Shown one piece after another: positions 46,462-55,547 of a DNA stretch of 64,000 nucleotides (positions are counted from its first letter, which is position 1; every line of letters begins with the position of its first letter). The stretch covers positions 25,175-89,174 of IMG/VR virus record IMGVR_UViG_3300029288_000131; one strand, given 5' to 3'. A program made the translations under genes and the position numbers. The stretch is from a virus. Taxonomy: Duplodnaviria > Caudoviricetes. Under the pieces are notes generated by a model, which searched no databases, was not told where the DNA came from, and saw nothing but the letters and a program-made list of their open reading frames with translations.

Positions 46462-47122
46462 GTCGGGCATTAGCGTTGGGATAGTAGCCGATTGGATCGG
46501 TTGGACCCCCGACGCCGTTTACTCGGTTGGTGTCGGACAACACCACGAAGAGATCGATGTAATGAAGGAGTCATGGCCAGGGTGCCGCTTTGCCGGTTGC
46601 GAGCCCCATCCCTTGATCTATCGTAGCGAGAAGGATAAGTTTCCCGGCGTCCTGTCTCACGTAGCTTTGTCCGACTACGTTGGTACGGGAATGCTTTACA
46701 CCAAGGCGACTCACAAAGACGGTTCGTCCCTACGTCCTCACGAACAAATGGAGCGGGAGCATTACGATACTATTGAGGTTCCTGTCAGCACGCTCGACAG
46801 CTTGTGGGGAAAACCCATTGGTAATCATGTCTTGCTGTGGATTGATTGTGAGGGCAGTGAAGCTGCCGTGCTTCGAGGAGGTCCAAGGTTCCTTCGAGGA
46901 GTAGAAGCAGTCAATGTAGAAATGACACCCAATCCGCACGGGTTTGGATGGGATACGCCAAAGGACATTCACAACTTGTTGAAAGGATACGGCTTCCTTC
47001 AGCAATGGATTCACACGCAACGGGCTGGTCAGTACGACGCCATTTACGTGAGGCGTCATCTGTTCCAGCCGAAGTATTGTTGCAGCGTTTGGCAAGTGGA
47101 GGAATACAATGCGTCTGCATAG
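46439..47122 (+). CDS. FkbM-family methyltransferase
   Basis: SVGVG, GCEPHP, VSTLDS, LLWIDCEGSE..VLRG. Confidence 0.85.
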   Translation: MASYLFRRSGISVGIVADWIGWTPDAVYSVGVGQHHEEIDVMKESWPGCRFAGCEPHPLIYRSEKDKFPGVLSHVALSDYVGTGMLYTKATHKDGSSLRPHEQMEREHYDTIEVPVSTLDSLWGKPIGNHVLLWIDCEGSEAAVLRGGPRFLRGVEAVNVEMTPNPHGFGWDTPKDIHNLLKGYGFLQQWIHTQRAGQYDAIYVRRHLFQPKYCCSVWQVEEYNASA

Positions 47123-47687
47123 CTTCCAGACTTACGAAGACTATTTGCGAATGCAAATCAAGGGATCGTCTATCCAAAGGCATCCCAATAGGTCGTGTTC
47201 TCCGCCAGTCGAGATTGATCGTATCTGCGACTATCTTAGTCAGACCTTTCCAAAGAGAGGCATCTGTCACGGTGCTCGTGCAGGTCATGAGGTGCAGATG
47301 TTTCTTGATCGCTTGCCGGGATGTGAGATATTCGGAACTGATCTCCGTCCCGTGGGTGATTTGGTAATAGAGTGGGACTTCAATAAACAGAAACAAGAGT
47401 GGATTGAAAAGTTCGACTTCATCTACACGAACAGCTTGGATCACAGCATCGAGCCCGTGTCTACTTTGAGGACGTGGGTTCATCAACTGGCGAAAGACGG
47501 TCTGCTGTTCGTCCAATGGTCCTCGGGTCATAACAGTGGCAGGTGCCCGAGCCGTGGGGGCAATTGTATGCTGGCCCCGTTGAACGAGTACCTGTGGATG
47601 ATCAACAGGAAGTCGGGCGCTCGCGTGATCGACTTGCTTTACTGCGGGAAGACCATCGTCATCGTTGCTGTAAGGAGAACCACATGA
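47109..47687 (+). CDS. SAM-dependent methyltransferase
   Basis: ICHGARAGHE, GTDL, WDFN, FDFIYTNSLDH. Confidence 0.75.
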   Translation: MRLHSFQTYEDYLRMQIKGSSIQRHPNRSCSPPVEIDRICDYLSQTFPKRGICHGARAGHEVQMFLDRLPGCEIFGTDLRPVGDLVIEWDFNKQKQEWIEKFDFIYTNSLDHSIEPVSTLRTWVHQLAKDGLLFVQWSSGHNSGRCPSRGGNCMLAPLNEYLWMINRKSGARVIDLLYCGKTIVIVAVRRTT

Positions 47688-48559
47688 GACGGGTGTTCTA
47701 CTTGATGTCTGGACAAGCTCATTTGCCATACCTGACGGTTTCATTGCATACGCTTCGTCGGCATTGGAATGGTGTTGTAGACGTTTACGCTTGGCCGGAA
47801 TCATTCGATATCGCTGCTAGAGTGTGCAAGGCCTTCGGAGCCACTTGCATTCTTGTTGAGCCACCGTACAAAGGGAAGAACGCTCAATTCGTTGGCAAGA
47901 TTCAGATAGCTCGATCTTTCCCGGCAGATGACAGTAACCTCTACTTGGATGCTGATACGACGGTTCATGGTGATTTGTCTCCACTGTTTGAGATGGTGGA
48001 GATTGTTGGGTTCGTTGCTACTCAGTTCAGTGGGTGGTTGACCAACACCCGAGGCATCATCAGCCGGATGGAAGATTTGAAGAGGTTCAGGTTTCAATTG
48101 GCTAGTATTGAGGCTTTGCAGCGACATCCATTCCCAAGCGTTAACGGTGGTGTCTGGGCAAGCATCTCATCTTCTCTTGTTCTGAAGAAGTGGGTGGAGT
48201 ATACAGTCGAAGCCCTTTCCACATTCATACCGGATGAGAAGGTACTGCATCTTTTGCAAGTTGAGTTCCCTCCTGCCGAGTATCTTGTCGCTTGCTTCAA
48301 TGGCAAATACAACTGCTCTCCCAAGTTCCAACATCCAAGTCTCCGAGACGAAGACGTCGTGATCTATCACTATCATGGAGATTGCAACGTCAGGCCGGAG
48401 GGGGAGGGACGGAAGTGGGCGAAGTCGCAGAAGGGATACGATTTGTGGTGGCCGTTGTACCAGCATTGTTTGGAGAACAACTTGGGAGGCATACGGGACT
48501 GGCAGCCGACTGTTCGTAATCGTTACATCGACTACTTGAAGCAGGAGCCTGTGAAATGA
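47684..48559 (+). CDS. glycosyltransferase (GT8-like)
   Basis: NLYLDADTTV, VNGGV, DE..L, IYHYHG. Confidence 0.75.
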   Translation: MRRVFYLMSGQAHLPYLTVSLHTLRRHWNGVVDVYAWPESFDIAARVCKAFGATCILVEPPYKGKNAQFVGKIQIARSFPADDSNLYLDADTTVHGDLSPLFEMVEIVGFVATQFSGWLTNTRGIISRMEDLKRFRFQLASIEALQRHPFPSVNGGVWASISSSLVLKKWVEYTVEALSTFIPDEKVLHLLQVEFPPAEYLVACFNGKYNCSPKFQHPSLRDEDVVIYHYHGDCNVRPEGEGRKWAKSQKGYDLWWPLYQHCLENNLGGIRDWQPTVRNRYIDYLKQEPVK

Positions 48560-49212
48560 GGAAGATGGATTTGATCCGCGAAGGACACGACTTTTTGTTC
48601 ACTCGAAATTGGTTCAGGTTGCGAAACCTGCCGACGTTCCGAGAATACATTCATCCGGCTTGGGCAGGACGGAAGATAACCTATCTAGAGCTGGGTGTAT
48701 TCGAGGGCATGAGCTTGGTGTGGATGCTTCAACGGGTTTTGACACATCCCGAAAGTCGAGCAGTCGGAATCGACCCGTGGCTAATGACTACCAAACTCGG
48801 CTCTGCCGATATGGAAGGTGTTTATGAACGTGCTGTTCACAATCTGACACCGTGGCGTGTCTTTATGAATGGCGACTCAAAGTTCTTGCTCAGATGTGAA
48901 TTGGTCAGGGCAAGCAGCGCAGAGGCTCTTCGCAGAATGGTTGGCAGGGGATTCGTTGGCATCAAGGGCCACGAATCGGTCGATCTGAGCATGGTCGACG
49001 GCAATCACAATGCACTGGCTGTGCTGGACGACGCCCGCTTGGTTTGGAAGCTTCTCAAGCCGGGCGGATGGATGTTGTTCGACGATGTTGAGAATGACAG
49101 ACCGAAGCAAGATCATGTCAAAGAAGGGGTCGAGATGTTCTTACAAGAGGACGGCCATCCCGTTAAGCTCTTGTGGAAGCATCGTTACATGGAGTGCTAC
49201 GAGAAGATATGA
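48556..49212 (+). CDS. class I SAM methyltransferase (Methyltransf_24-like)
   Basis: YLELGVFEG, GIDPW, MVDGNH, LKPGGWMLFDD. Confidence 0.85.
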   Translation: MRKMDLIREGHDFLFTRNWFRLRNLPTFREYIHPAWAGRKITYLELGVFEGMSLVWMLQRVLTHPESRAVGIDPWLMTTKLGSADMEGVYERAVHNLTPWRVFMNGDSKFLLRCELVRASSAEALRRMVGRGFVGIKGHESVDLSMVDGNHNALAVLDDARLVWKLLKPGGWMLFDDVENDRPKQDHVKEGVEMFLQEDGHPVKLLWKHRYMECYEKI

Positions 49213-49787
49213 GAGCAAAAGAAAAGAACCGGCAGCGTTTCAACAAACTTGTGACAGACATGATTGAAAGCCATCAAGGCAGCCCAGTGTTCGGGGCTGA
49301 GCTTGGTGTCTGGCAAGGGCAGTTGAGTGCTGCTCTATTAGAGTCCTTTCCTCAGTTGCACTTGCTAATGGTAGACCGTTGGATGCCTTACGAAACGTCC
49401 AGGCTGGGCAAGCGAACGGATCGTGAAGGTTTCCTGTTCTGCATGTCACAAGCAATGAGGTCGACAGACCAGTGGAGCGATCGGCGGCTTTTGTTGGCCG
49501 CTGATACGACGTCGGCCCTCAGGTTGGTTCCCGACGGTTCTCTGGACTTCGTCTTCGTCGATGCCGACCACGTTTACGAGGCTGTTCTTACAGACTTGAA
49601 TAATTGGTGGCCGAAGTTGAGGAAGCACGAAGGACGCACAAAAGGCTTGATGTGTGGACATGATTACTGCTCGGGACGGTGGGCTCAAACGAAGCGTGCC
49701 ATAGATACATTTGCAGCATCGGTGGGTGGTCGCATCATTGTAGTAGATGAACAGGAAGGTCTATGGCAATTGGCATTTGGATACTAA
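49209..49787 (+). CDS. class I SAM methyltransferase (Methyltransf_24-like)
   Basis: GAELGVWQG, VDRW, DFVFVDADH.YEAV, MCGHDY. Confidence 0.85.
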   Translation: MRAKEKNRQRFNKLVTDMIESHQGSPVFGAELGVWQGQLSAALLESFPQLHLLMVDRWMPYETSRLGKRTDREGFLFCMSQAMRSTDQWSDRRLLLAADTTSALRLVPDGSLDFVFVDADHVYEAVLTDLNNWWPKLRKHEGRTKGLMCGHDYCSGRWAQTKRAIDTFAASVGGRIIVVDEQEGLWQLAFGY

Positions 49788-49800
49788 TAGGAATAGAAGC

Positions 49801-50346
49801 ATGACGAAGTTGCAAAGAACAGCACAAGTCCTGATCAATCGAATCAAGGCTGCCGTGGGCACCCCAAAGCTCGGATGCGAGATTGGGGTTCATCGAGGCG
49901 GGACGAGCAAGGCTTTGATGGAAGCTTTCCCCGAGCTGTTGCTGATGATGGTAGACCCTTGGCTTCCTTATCCCGATGCTAGGCTGGGCAATGTGTCGTT
50001 GGATACCATTCGAGCAAGGATGCAAGAGTCTATTGACGTCACAGAGAACGTAGAGCAGCAGCGGGTGCTGGTTCTTGGTACGTCAGACAGGGTGTCGAAG
50101 TTCGTTGGAAGGAGACTCTTGGACTTCGTTTACATCGACGGCAATCATCTGTACGATAGTGTGTTCAACGACATCGCCATTTGGCATCCGAGAGTGAGGC
50201 GGGGTGGATTGGTATGTGGACACGACTTCAATGAAGCAATCAACTGGAAACGCAACGGCGTTTGCAAGGCCGTTCGTAGATACTGCGAAGAGTGCAAGAT
50301 CGAGTTTCAACTAGACCCCTGTTCAATATGGTGGTTTGTTCGATGA
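49801..50346 (+). CDS. class I SAM methyltransferase (Methyltransf_24-like)
   Basis: GCEIGVHRG, VDPW, DFVYIDGNH.YDSV, GGLVCGHDF. Confidence 0.85.
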   Translation: MTKLQRTAQVLINRIKAAVGTPKLGCEIGVHRGGTSKALMEAFPELLLMMVDPWLPYPDARLGNVSLDTIRARMQESIDVTENVEQQRVLVLGTSDRVSKFVGRRLLDFVYIDGNHLYDSVFNDIAIWHPRVRRGGLVCGHDFNEAINWKRNGVCKAVRRYCEECKIEFQLDPCSIWWFVR

Positions 50347-50867
50347 AGGACTACGGTGATTTCCAGTTTGCTTGCCCTCCTGGAGTTGGTGGGGCATGGT
50401 TTTGTGAGGCAGCAAGGGTGGCAGGATTTTCTGCCAGTGAGAAAGACTTTCACACTCCCTTCAGTAGCAACGGCAAGATGGCTCCGTTGAAGGTGTCGTT
50501 GGTAAGACATCCCTGGGCTTGGCTCGGTGAGTGCTTCGTCCATCATTCAAGAGGAAACGATGTCGGGGCATTCGGCGTACTGAGCAAGACGGACATTGAG
50601 TCATTCATCGAGGACTACTTGAACAAGATGCCAGGGTCGGTAGGCAAGTTGTTCAGAATGTATGATGCTGATACGATTATGCTTATTGAAGACATGCCGT
50701 GGTCGGCAATCGAATTCTTCCACAGCTTGGGATGTCCCATAATCAAGCTAGAAGAAATCAGGCAGATACCGTTACGAAGTAGTGTCGAGCCTCCCTTGGA
50801 TCGCTCATTTCGAGGCCGCGTCATGGCGGCTGAGAAGGAGTTGTGCAATCACTATGACTACATCTGA
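50343..50867 (+). CDS. divergent sulfotransferase-like protein
   Basis: CPPGVGGAW, SLVRHPWAW, IEDM; shorter paralog of 28431 and 52858. Confidence 0.55.
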   Translation: MKDYGDFQFACPPGVGGAWFCEAARVAGFSASEKDFHTPFSSNGKMAPLKVSLVRHPWAWLGECFVHHSRGNDVGAFGVLSKTDIESFIEDYLNKMPGSVGKLFRMYDADTIMLIEDMPWSAIEFFHSLGCPIIKLEEIRQIPLRSSVEPPLDRSFRGRVMAAEKELCNHYDYI

Positions 50868-51618
50868 AATGCCCGACGTGGTTGTGGCCGTCCCAGCTCG
50901 AATGGATAGTCAACGTCTGCCCGGCAAGCCGTTGTTAAAAGCACTGGGCAAGACGCTCTTGGAATGGACGGTCGACGAAGCTGATCAGGTGAAGAAGTCG
51001 ATTGGCACGGTCGTGCTTGGATGCGACGACGAACTGGAGTCGTTTTGCAAAAGCAAGAGCATCTGGTATCAACCAACACCTTCGGACTGTCGAAACGGTA
51101 CGCATCGAATAGCGCACTTCGCAGTGAACCAGAAGTGGCTGCCCGTCGGCACCGTGGTCAATTGGCAGGTGGATGAGCCTTGCATCGACCCGTTGTATGT
51201 ACGACGGATGGTCATTTACAGTCAGGAGACTGGCAAGATCGTTACACTTGTTTCGCCTCATGGAAATATGGAAGATCCCAATCAAGTCAAGGTCATTGTC
51301 AACGGTGCCCGTTGTATTTGGTTCAGTCGGGCACCGATGGCTGGTTCGTTGTTTCATACGGGTGTGTACGCCTTTCCCATCGAGGTTCTCAGAGAGCTTG
51401 CTTCCATCAATGCCGGACGATACGAGAAGGCGGAGTCGTTGGAGCAGTTGGGATGGATCGAATCCCACCGTGAGATCTTGGCAATTCGTATGAGTGACAG
51501 CCCTTTGTCGATAAACACTCCCGATGACTGGACGCGATTCAAGGAGATGAAATGCAATCAATTGAAATCGTTTCTCACTGCTACGCATCCCAACTACCCC
51601 AATATGCTGGAGCTCTAG
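50854..51618 (+). CDS. kdsB: CMP-Kdo synthetase-like cytidylyltransferase
   Basis: VPARMDSQRLPGKPL, VNWQVDEP, VKV, FSRAP, H.GVYAF, ESLEQL, SINTPDD. Confidence 0.88.
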   Translation: MTTSEMPDVVVAVPARMDSQRLPGKPLLKALGKTLLEWTVDEADQVKKSIGTVVLGCDDELESFCKSKSIWYQPTPSDCRNGTHRIAHFAVNQKWLPVGTVVNWQVDEPCIDPLYVRRMVIYSQETGKIVTLVSPHGNMEDPNQVKVIVNGARCIWFSRAPMAGSLFHTGVYAFPIEVLRELASINAGRYEKAESLEQLGWIESHREILAIRMSDSPLSINTPDDWTRFKEMKCNQLKSFLTATHPNYPNMLEL

Positions 51619-52274
51619 TCTACCAGCTTTCGTCGTTGGTGAGATGTCGTCCGAAGTGTCCTGTCACCATTACGATTTGCTACTACCCTGATGACGAGAA
51701 GACCCGGTGGATTTTGGACTGGTTTTCGTTCCACACGAACTTGAGGCTGAAACGTCTGGCATTGAGCCTACCCGAACTCGGGCGACGGAGCATAGGAAGG
51801 AACCGTGCAGCATTGGCCACCGACGCCAACATCGTATGGTTTGCAGACGTGGACCACGCATGGGGATATGGTTGCTTAGACAGGCTGTCAGAAATGGAGT
51901 GGCCTGAGTCGGCTACTCTTTGCTACCCTAAGCAGGTCATGATTCACAAGGATCATGCAACAGGAGATAGAGCAACAAGCGTTGTGCTTGAAAAGGATTT
52001 GCAATTTGCAGAGATCAAGACAGAGGACTTTGTTCCGAAGTCTTACCGAAAAGCAATTGGTGGAGTTCAGATTGTGCAAGGCGACCTTGCTCGTGATTAC
52101 GGATACTTGGACGGCATAGCAAGGTGGCAAACACCAAGAGACGACGGTTTGCCATTCGGGGACTTCCGAGACGACCTGGCATTTCGCGGTGTTTGTCGAA
52201 TGTACGGGAAGCAGGTGGGCATCGACCTGCCTGGAGTTTATCGCATTAGACACGTAAGGACAACATACCAATGA
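51552..52274 (+). CDS. glycosyltransferase (GT2-like)
   Basis: RSIGRNRAAL, VWFADVD. Confidence 0.7.
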   Translation: MQSIEIVSHCYASQLPQYAGALVYQLSSLVRCRPKCPVTITICYYPDDEKTRWILDWFSFHTNLRLKRLALSLPELGRRSIGRNRAALATDANIVWFADVDHAWGYGCLDRLSEMEWPESATLCYPKQVMIHKDHATGDRATSVVLEKDLQFAEIKTEDFVPKSYRKAIGGVQIVQGDLARDYGYLDGIARWQTPRDDGLPFGDFRDDLAFRGVCRMYGKQVGIDLPGVYRIRHVRTTYQ

Positions 52275-52855
52275 TGCCACGCACTTTAATCTACGAGCCG
52301 TTGGATGATGTAATCAGTGACATCTCTCACGCTGATCTTCTGCTGTTCAGCGGCTCTTACCTTTCCTCCGAGGTGATCAAAGCGGCGGGACGTTCTGACT
52401 ACAGTCATGCAGGTGCCGTGCTTTGGATAGACGACATTCCGTTGTCGGCAGAAGCAACACCTGGAGGGGTGAAGATCTACTATCTACCAACCAGAGTGAG
52501 GGATTACAGGGGACGAATCGATTGGTTTCGTGCCAACGCCAATGAAAGATGGCCCGAGTTCAGTCGGATGGGCACTGGAAGGCACTTGCTCAAGCTGATG
52601 GGCAACTCCTATGGGTTCAGGGGATTCGCCAAGATGGTGCTCCTTCACATGCCGTTGTTCAGATGGTTTGTCCGGCCGAACTTCAACGACGATGACCAGT
52701 TCGATCCAAACCCGATATGCTCAGAGGCGGTTGCTGCTGCTTATTATTTTGGTGGTGGGGTTGATCCCGTACCGAAGCTGAGCAGCAGATACACGGAGCC
52801 GGGAGACTTGGCCCGTTCACCGTTCTTCAAGTACGCTTGTTCATTGGAGCCTTGA
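52271..52855 (+). CDS. permuted papain-like (YaeF/YiiX-type) amidase
   Basis: DLLLF..., SDYSHAG (His first), ICSEAVAAAY (Cys later). Confidence 0.75.
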   Translation: MMPRTLIYEPLDDVISDISHADLLLFSGSYLSSEVIKAAGRSDYSHAGAVLWIDDIPLSAEATPGGVKIYYLPTRVRDYRGRIDWFRANANERWPEFSRMGTGRHLLKLMGNSYGFRGFAKMVLLHMPLFRWFVRPNFNDDDQFDPNPICSEAVAAAYYFGGGVDPVPKLSSRYTEPGDLARSPFFKYACSLEP

Positions 52856-52857
52856 CC

Positions 52858-53562
52858 GTGGTGAGATTCTTATCCGAACAGCAGTTGCTCTTCCTTCACA
52901 TCCCGAGGACGGGAGGCACGTGGATCGAGTCCGCCATCGAGATGACCGTCGGTAAGGGCAACTATGAACGATGGTTGTTTGCCCAACCGGAGTCGATTCC
53001 CAAGAAGCACGGGATGCTTCCTCACCTCAAATCAGATAGGATGAACAGGGCTCGCAACGTCTTCACTTTCGTTCGACACCCCAAGGCTTATTACGAGTCG
53101 ACGTGGAAATATCTCAGCGACATCCGTCGCGTGGCGATGCGAACGTTGCTGTTCAAGGGCAAATACAAGACGGAGTGGAAGTGGCATCCTCATCACACTG
53201 CCGCTGTTCATTACCTCCCGACGTTCGACGATTGGGTGTTCTTGATGACGAAACACGAGCCGATGTGGTACACCCGGATGGTCGAAGCATACATCGGTCC
53301 AGCAGGTGGAGAGTTCGTTCAGTTCATTGGACGTACCGAGTCGTTGGCAGATGACTTCATCGAAGCGATGCACGGCTTCGGCTACGGCAAACAGGTCAAG
53401 CGGGTCGAGAAGAAGCTACGAGCCAAGCCACCCGCCAACACGGCGCAGGGCGTCTGCGAATGGAGTAACGACATGCTGGCCAAAGTGATGGAGACCGAGA
53501 GACCTGTAATCGAGAGGTTCTACGGCGAGGAGAAGCAGCTATGGTTCTCGGAGATTACATGA
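52858..53562 (+). CDS. sulfotransferase-family protein
   Basis: FLHIPRTGGTW, FVRHPKAYYES, IGRTESLADDF. Confidence 0.8.
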   Translation: MVRFLSEQQLLFLHIPRTGGTWIESAIEMTVGKGNYERWLFAQPESIPKKHGMLPHLKSDRMNRARNVFTFVRHPKAYYESTWKYLSDIRRVAMRTLLFKGKYKTEWKWHPHHTAAVHYLPTFDDWVFLMTKHEPMWYTRMVEAYIGPAGGEFVQFIGRTESLADDFIEAMHGFGYGKQVKRVEKKLRAKPPANTAQGVCEWSNDMLAKVMETERPVIERFYGEEKQLWFSEIT

Positions 53563-53861
53563 CGACGGGGGAGGTGGCCGAGCTGCTAGGCGTCTCGACC
53601 ACGCGGGTCCGCCAGCTCGTAACAGGGGGGCAGCTACCGGGCTGCCAGAAGTGGGGTAGATGGTGGATCATCCCAAGTCAATCGGTCAGGATTTGGGCTC
53701 GGGACCGTCGCCGGGCTGGCCGTCCCAGGGGGTCGGGAGAAGGGGCCCTCCGTCGCCGCCTTGGGGTCGCCCAGGGGTTCCCGGGGGGCGACCCCTATTC
53801 CCATACCCCCAACCCCACCCCCGCCTTAAACGCGCAGCCAGGGGGCCGGAGCGGGCGGTAA
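53559..53861 (+). CDS. excisionase/MerR-like helix-turn-helix DNA-binding protein
   Basis: MTTGEVAELLGVSTTRVRQLV..GQLP..KWGRWWII. Confidence 0.8.
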   Translation: MTTGEVAELLGVSTTRVRQLVTGGQLPGCQKWGRWWIIPSQSVRIWARDRRRAGRPRGSGEGALRRRLGVAQGFPGGDPYSHTPNPTPALNAQPGGRSGR

Positions 53862-54064
53862 GATGGGTAAGATAGGGGTTTGGTAGTTGACGGGGTAAGA
53901 TCCCCCCTCTAACCCCTTACCCCATCGGCACTTAGACCAGTCCTACAAACCAAAGTGTCCATCTCGGCTACCCTTCTGGGGGGTGAGAACCTAAGTGCTT
54001 ACCCCATAAGCATTTACGGCGCTCCAAATTGGTCCCCATTAGGGGGGTTGATTATTCTTACCCG
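53857..54064. promoter_or_regulatory. array of six GGTAAG/CTTACC boxes (operator- or iteron-like)
   Basis: GGTAAGAT at 53857, 53866, 53894; CTTACCC at 53916, 53998, 54057. Confidence 0.55.
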
Positions 54065-54075
54065 AACGTAATAAT
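54048..54075 (+). promoter_or_regulatory. possible early promoter
   Basis: TTGATT-N16-AATAAT upstream of the early-type region. Confidence 0.4.
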
Positions 54076-54316
54076 TAGGGTGAACAGGAAAACTAACCCC
54101 CAACCCCAACCCAAGCGCCCCAACGACTGCGGAACCCGGGCATCGGAGGACGGAAAAAACGACAGCGGCCATTGCGGACTGGCCTCAAAGCGGGACACAC
54201 GGGGATGCAGACCGGAGAGACGCGGCAGCACCCCCTGGCTACCACCAAAGGACCCCCCGATAGGCTCGTCAGGGGTGACGGTGGGGCGTAAGACATGAGC
54301 TCTCCTCAGAATTGAC

Positions 54317-54400
54317 TCCCCCGACGCGGGCTGGTAACAACCGGCCACCCCGGATTCGCAACCGGGCGGGGGACTTCGGCGGGACTACTTCGGTCCTGCC
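54317..54400 (+). ncRNA. unassigned structured RNA motif B, copy 1
   Basis: TCCCCCG/CGGGGGA closing stem, two inner hairpins (loop ATTCGCAA), then ACTTCG-loop hairpin. Confidence 0.55.
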
Positions 54401-54420
54401 ACTGCCGAGGAGACCGAAAG

Positions 54421-54585
54421 ATGAAGAAAACCAGTAGCGAGAAGATGGCAGAGCGTAACAAGAAAGCTAATCAGAAGCGACGACGGGACCAATTGATCAT
54501 CGGGGATCTCCGATTGCAAGTGCGGGATGGAAAGATGACGGCTGCTGAGGCTCTTCTCTCTCTCACAAAGAAAAGGGACAAATAG
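54421..54585 (+). CDS. 54-aa basic protein
   Basis: GAGGAGACC RBS; MKKTSSEKMAERNKKANQKRRR...; not in track. Confidence 0.6.
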   Translation: MKKTSSEKMAERNKKANQKRRRDQLIIGDLRLQVRDGKMTAAEALLSLTKKRDK

Positions 54586-54590
54586 TTCAC

Positions 54591-54660
54591 TGCCCCGTAG
54601 CGTAACGCCCAGGAGTCGCGCCCTGGGCGGGGCACTTGCCCAACCCACTTCGGGTTGGGT
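54591..54660 (+). ncRNA. unassigned structured RNA motif B, copy 2
   Basis: TGCCCCG/CGGGGCA stem, inner hairpin with loop AGTCGCGC, then ACTTCG-loop hairpin. Confidence 0.55.
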
Positions 54661-54683
54661 GTCTAGACCGAGGAGACCGAGAG

Positions 54684-55058
54684 ATGACTACTGCTACCTT
54701 CAGCGTTGGCGACCGCGTGGGCGTTTACCGCATGCACAGCGGTGACATCATCAATGCTTCGTTCGGCGTCGTGGCGAAGATCGACGGCCGTGGCTGGACC
54801 GTCCTGGAGGATGGCCGGAAGTTCGATCGAGACGGCAAGCGTCGGATGCCTGGCCAGGTCCGGGGGTGGAACGCCGACCGCCTGTGCGACGCCGAGTGGC
54901 TCCAGGCCAAGCTCGACGAGAAGGCCGCCGCCAACAGGAAGCACCGCACCGTGCAGGACCTGATCCTGTACCTCGAAGGTCGCCGCACCGGGTGCGGTAA
55001 CTACGTCATCGAGGCCAGGCACAAGGAGGAGCTGATCCGCCTCGTCAACGAACTGTAG
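54684..55058 (+). CDS. hypothetical protein
   Basis: GAGGAGACC RBS, ATG 54684. Confidence 0.7.
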   Translation: MTTATFSVGDRVGVYRMHSGDIINASFGVVAKIDGRGWTVLEDGRKFDRDGKRRMPGQVRGWNADRLCDAEWLQAKLDEKAAANRKHRTVQDLILYLEGRRTGCGNYVIEARHKEELIRLVNEL

Positions 55059-55121
55059 CCGAAACGCCCTTCGGGGCGTCGCGGGGAAACTGAACCAACC
55101 CCGCCTGACGATGGCAGGTTC
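55058..55121 (+). ncRNA. type II hammerhead ribozyme 1
   Basis: GCC-GAAAC-[GCCC ttcg GGGC]-GUC cleavage after 55080-[GCGGGG/CCCCGC]-CUGACGA-U-GGC; pseudoknot GAACC (55092-96) with GGTTC (55117-21). Confidence 0.92.
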
Positions 55122-55167
55122 CATCCGTTCGTTCCAGAGCCGGTTCAAACCGGCAAGGAGACCAGTC

Positions 55168-55527
55168 ATGTCGAAGAAGCAGAAGCAGGGCAACGTCGCC
55201 GAGACCACGGAAGCCACGGCCGTCAAGAATGCCAAGAAGGTCCACGTCGCCTATCCCGGCGACCGCCCGCTGACCAGCGTGCCCGTGGACTTCAGCGCCT
55301 CGAAGCACAAGCGGCTGATCCCGAAGGACTTCGCTACCAAGGCGCTGTACTTCCGGCACGCGGCCAACATCCACGACGCCCGCCGCGTCCGCTGCCTGGA
55401 CCGCGCCGAGAAGCTGGAGGCTCGGAAGGACGGGGCGAAGGCGCGCCTGGAGAAGCGGCTGGCCAAGGCCAGGGCAGCCGCTGAGAAGGCGGCCGCCGAG
55501 CTGAAGCGGATGGAGGCGGCCGAATAG
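55168..55527 (+). CDS. basic K/A-rich protein
   Basis: AAGGAGACC RBS. Confidence 0.7.
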   Translation: MSKKQKQGNVAETTEATAVKNAKKVHVAYPGDRPLTSVPVDFSASKHKRLIPKDFATKALYFRHAANIHDARRVRCLDRAEKLEARKDGAKARLEKRLAKARAAAEKAAAELKRMEAAE

Positions 55528-55547
55528 GCTGACCCCCAAGCAACGAC

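Noticed and set aside
54029-54298. 89-aa ORF in the control region
   Set aside because: Low-complexity Pro/Gly/Arg sequence overlapping a possible promoter, with no good RBS
54317-54660. Motif B as HDV-like/theta, twister or twister-sister ribozyme
   Set aside because: No catalytic-C J4/2 or P2 partner after the last hairpin, and no GGUNNCAAGCC or CGCAAGG elements
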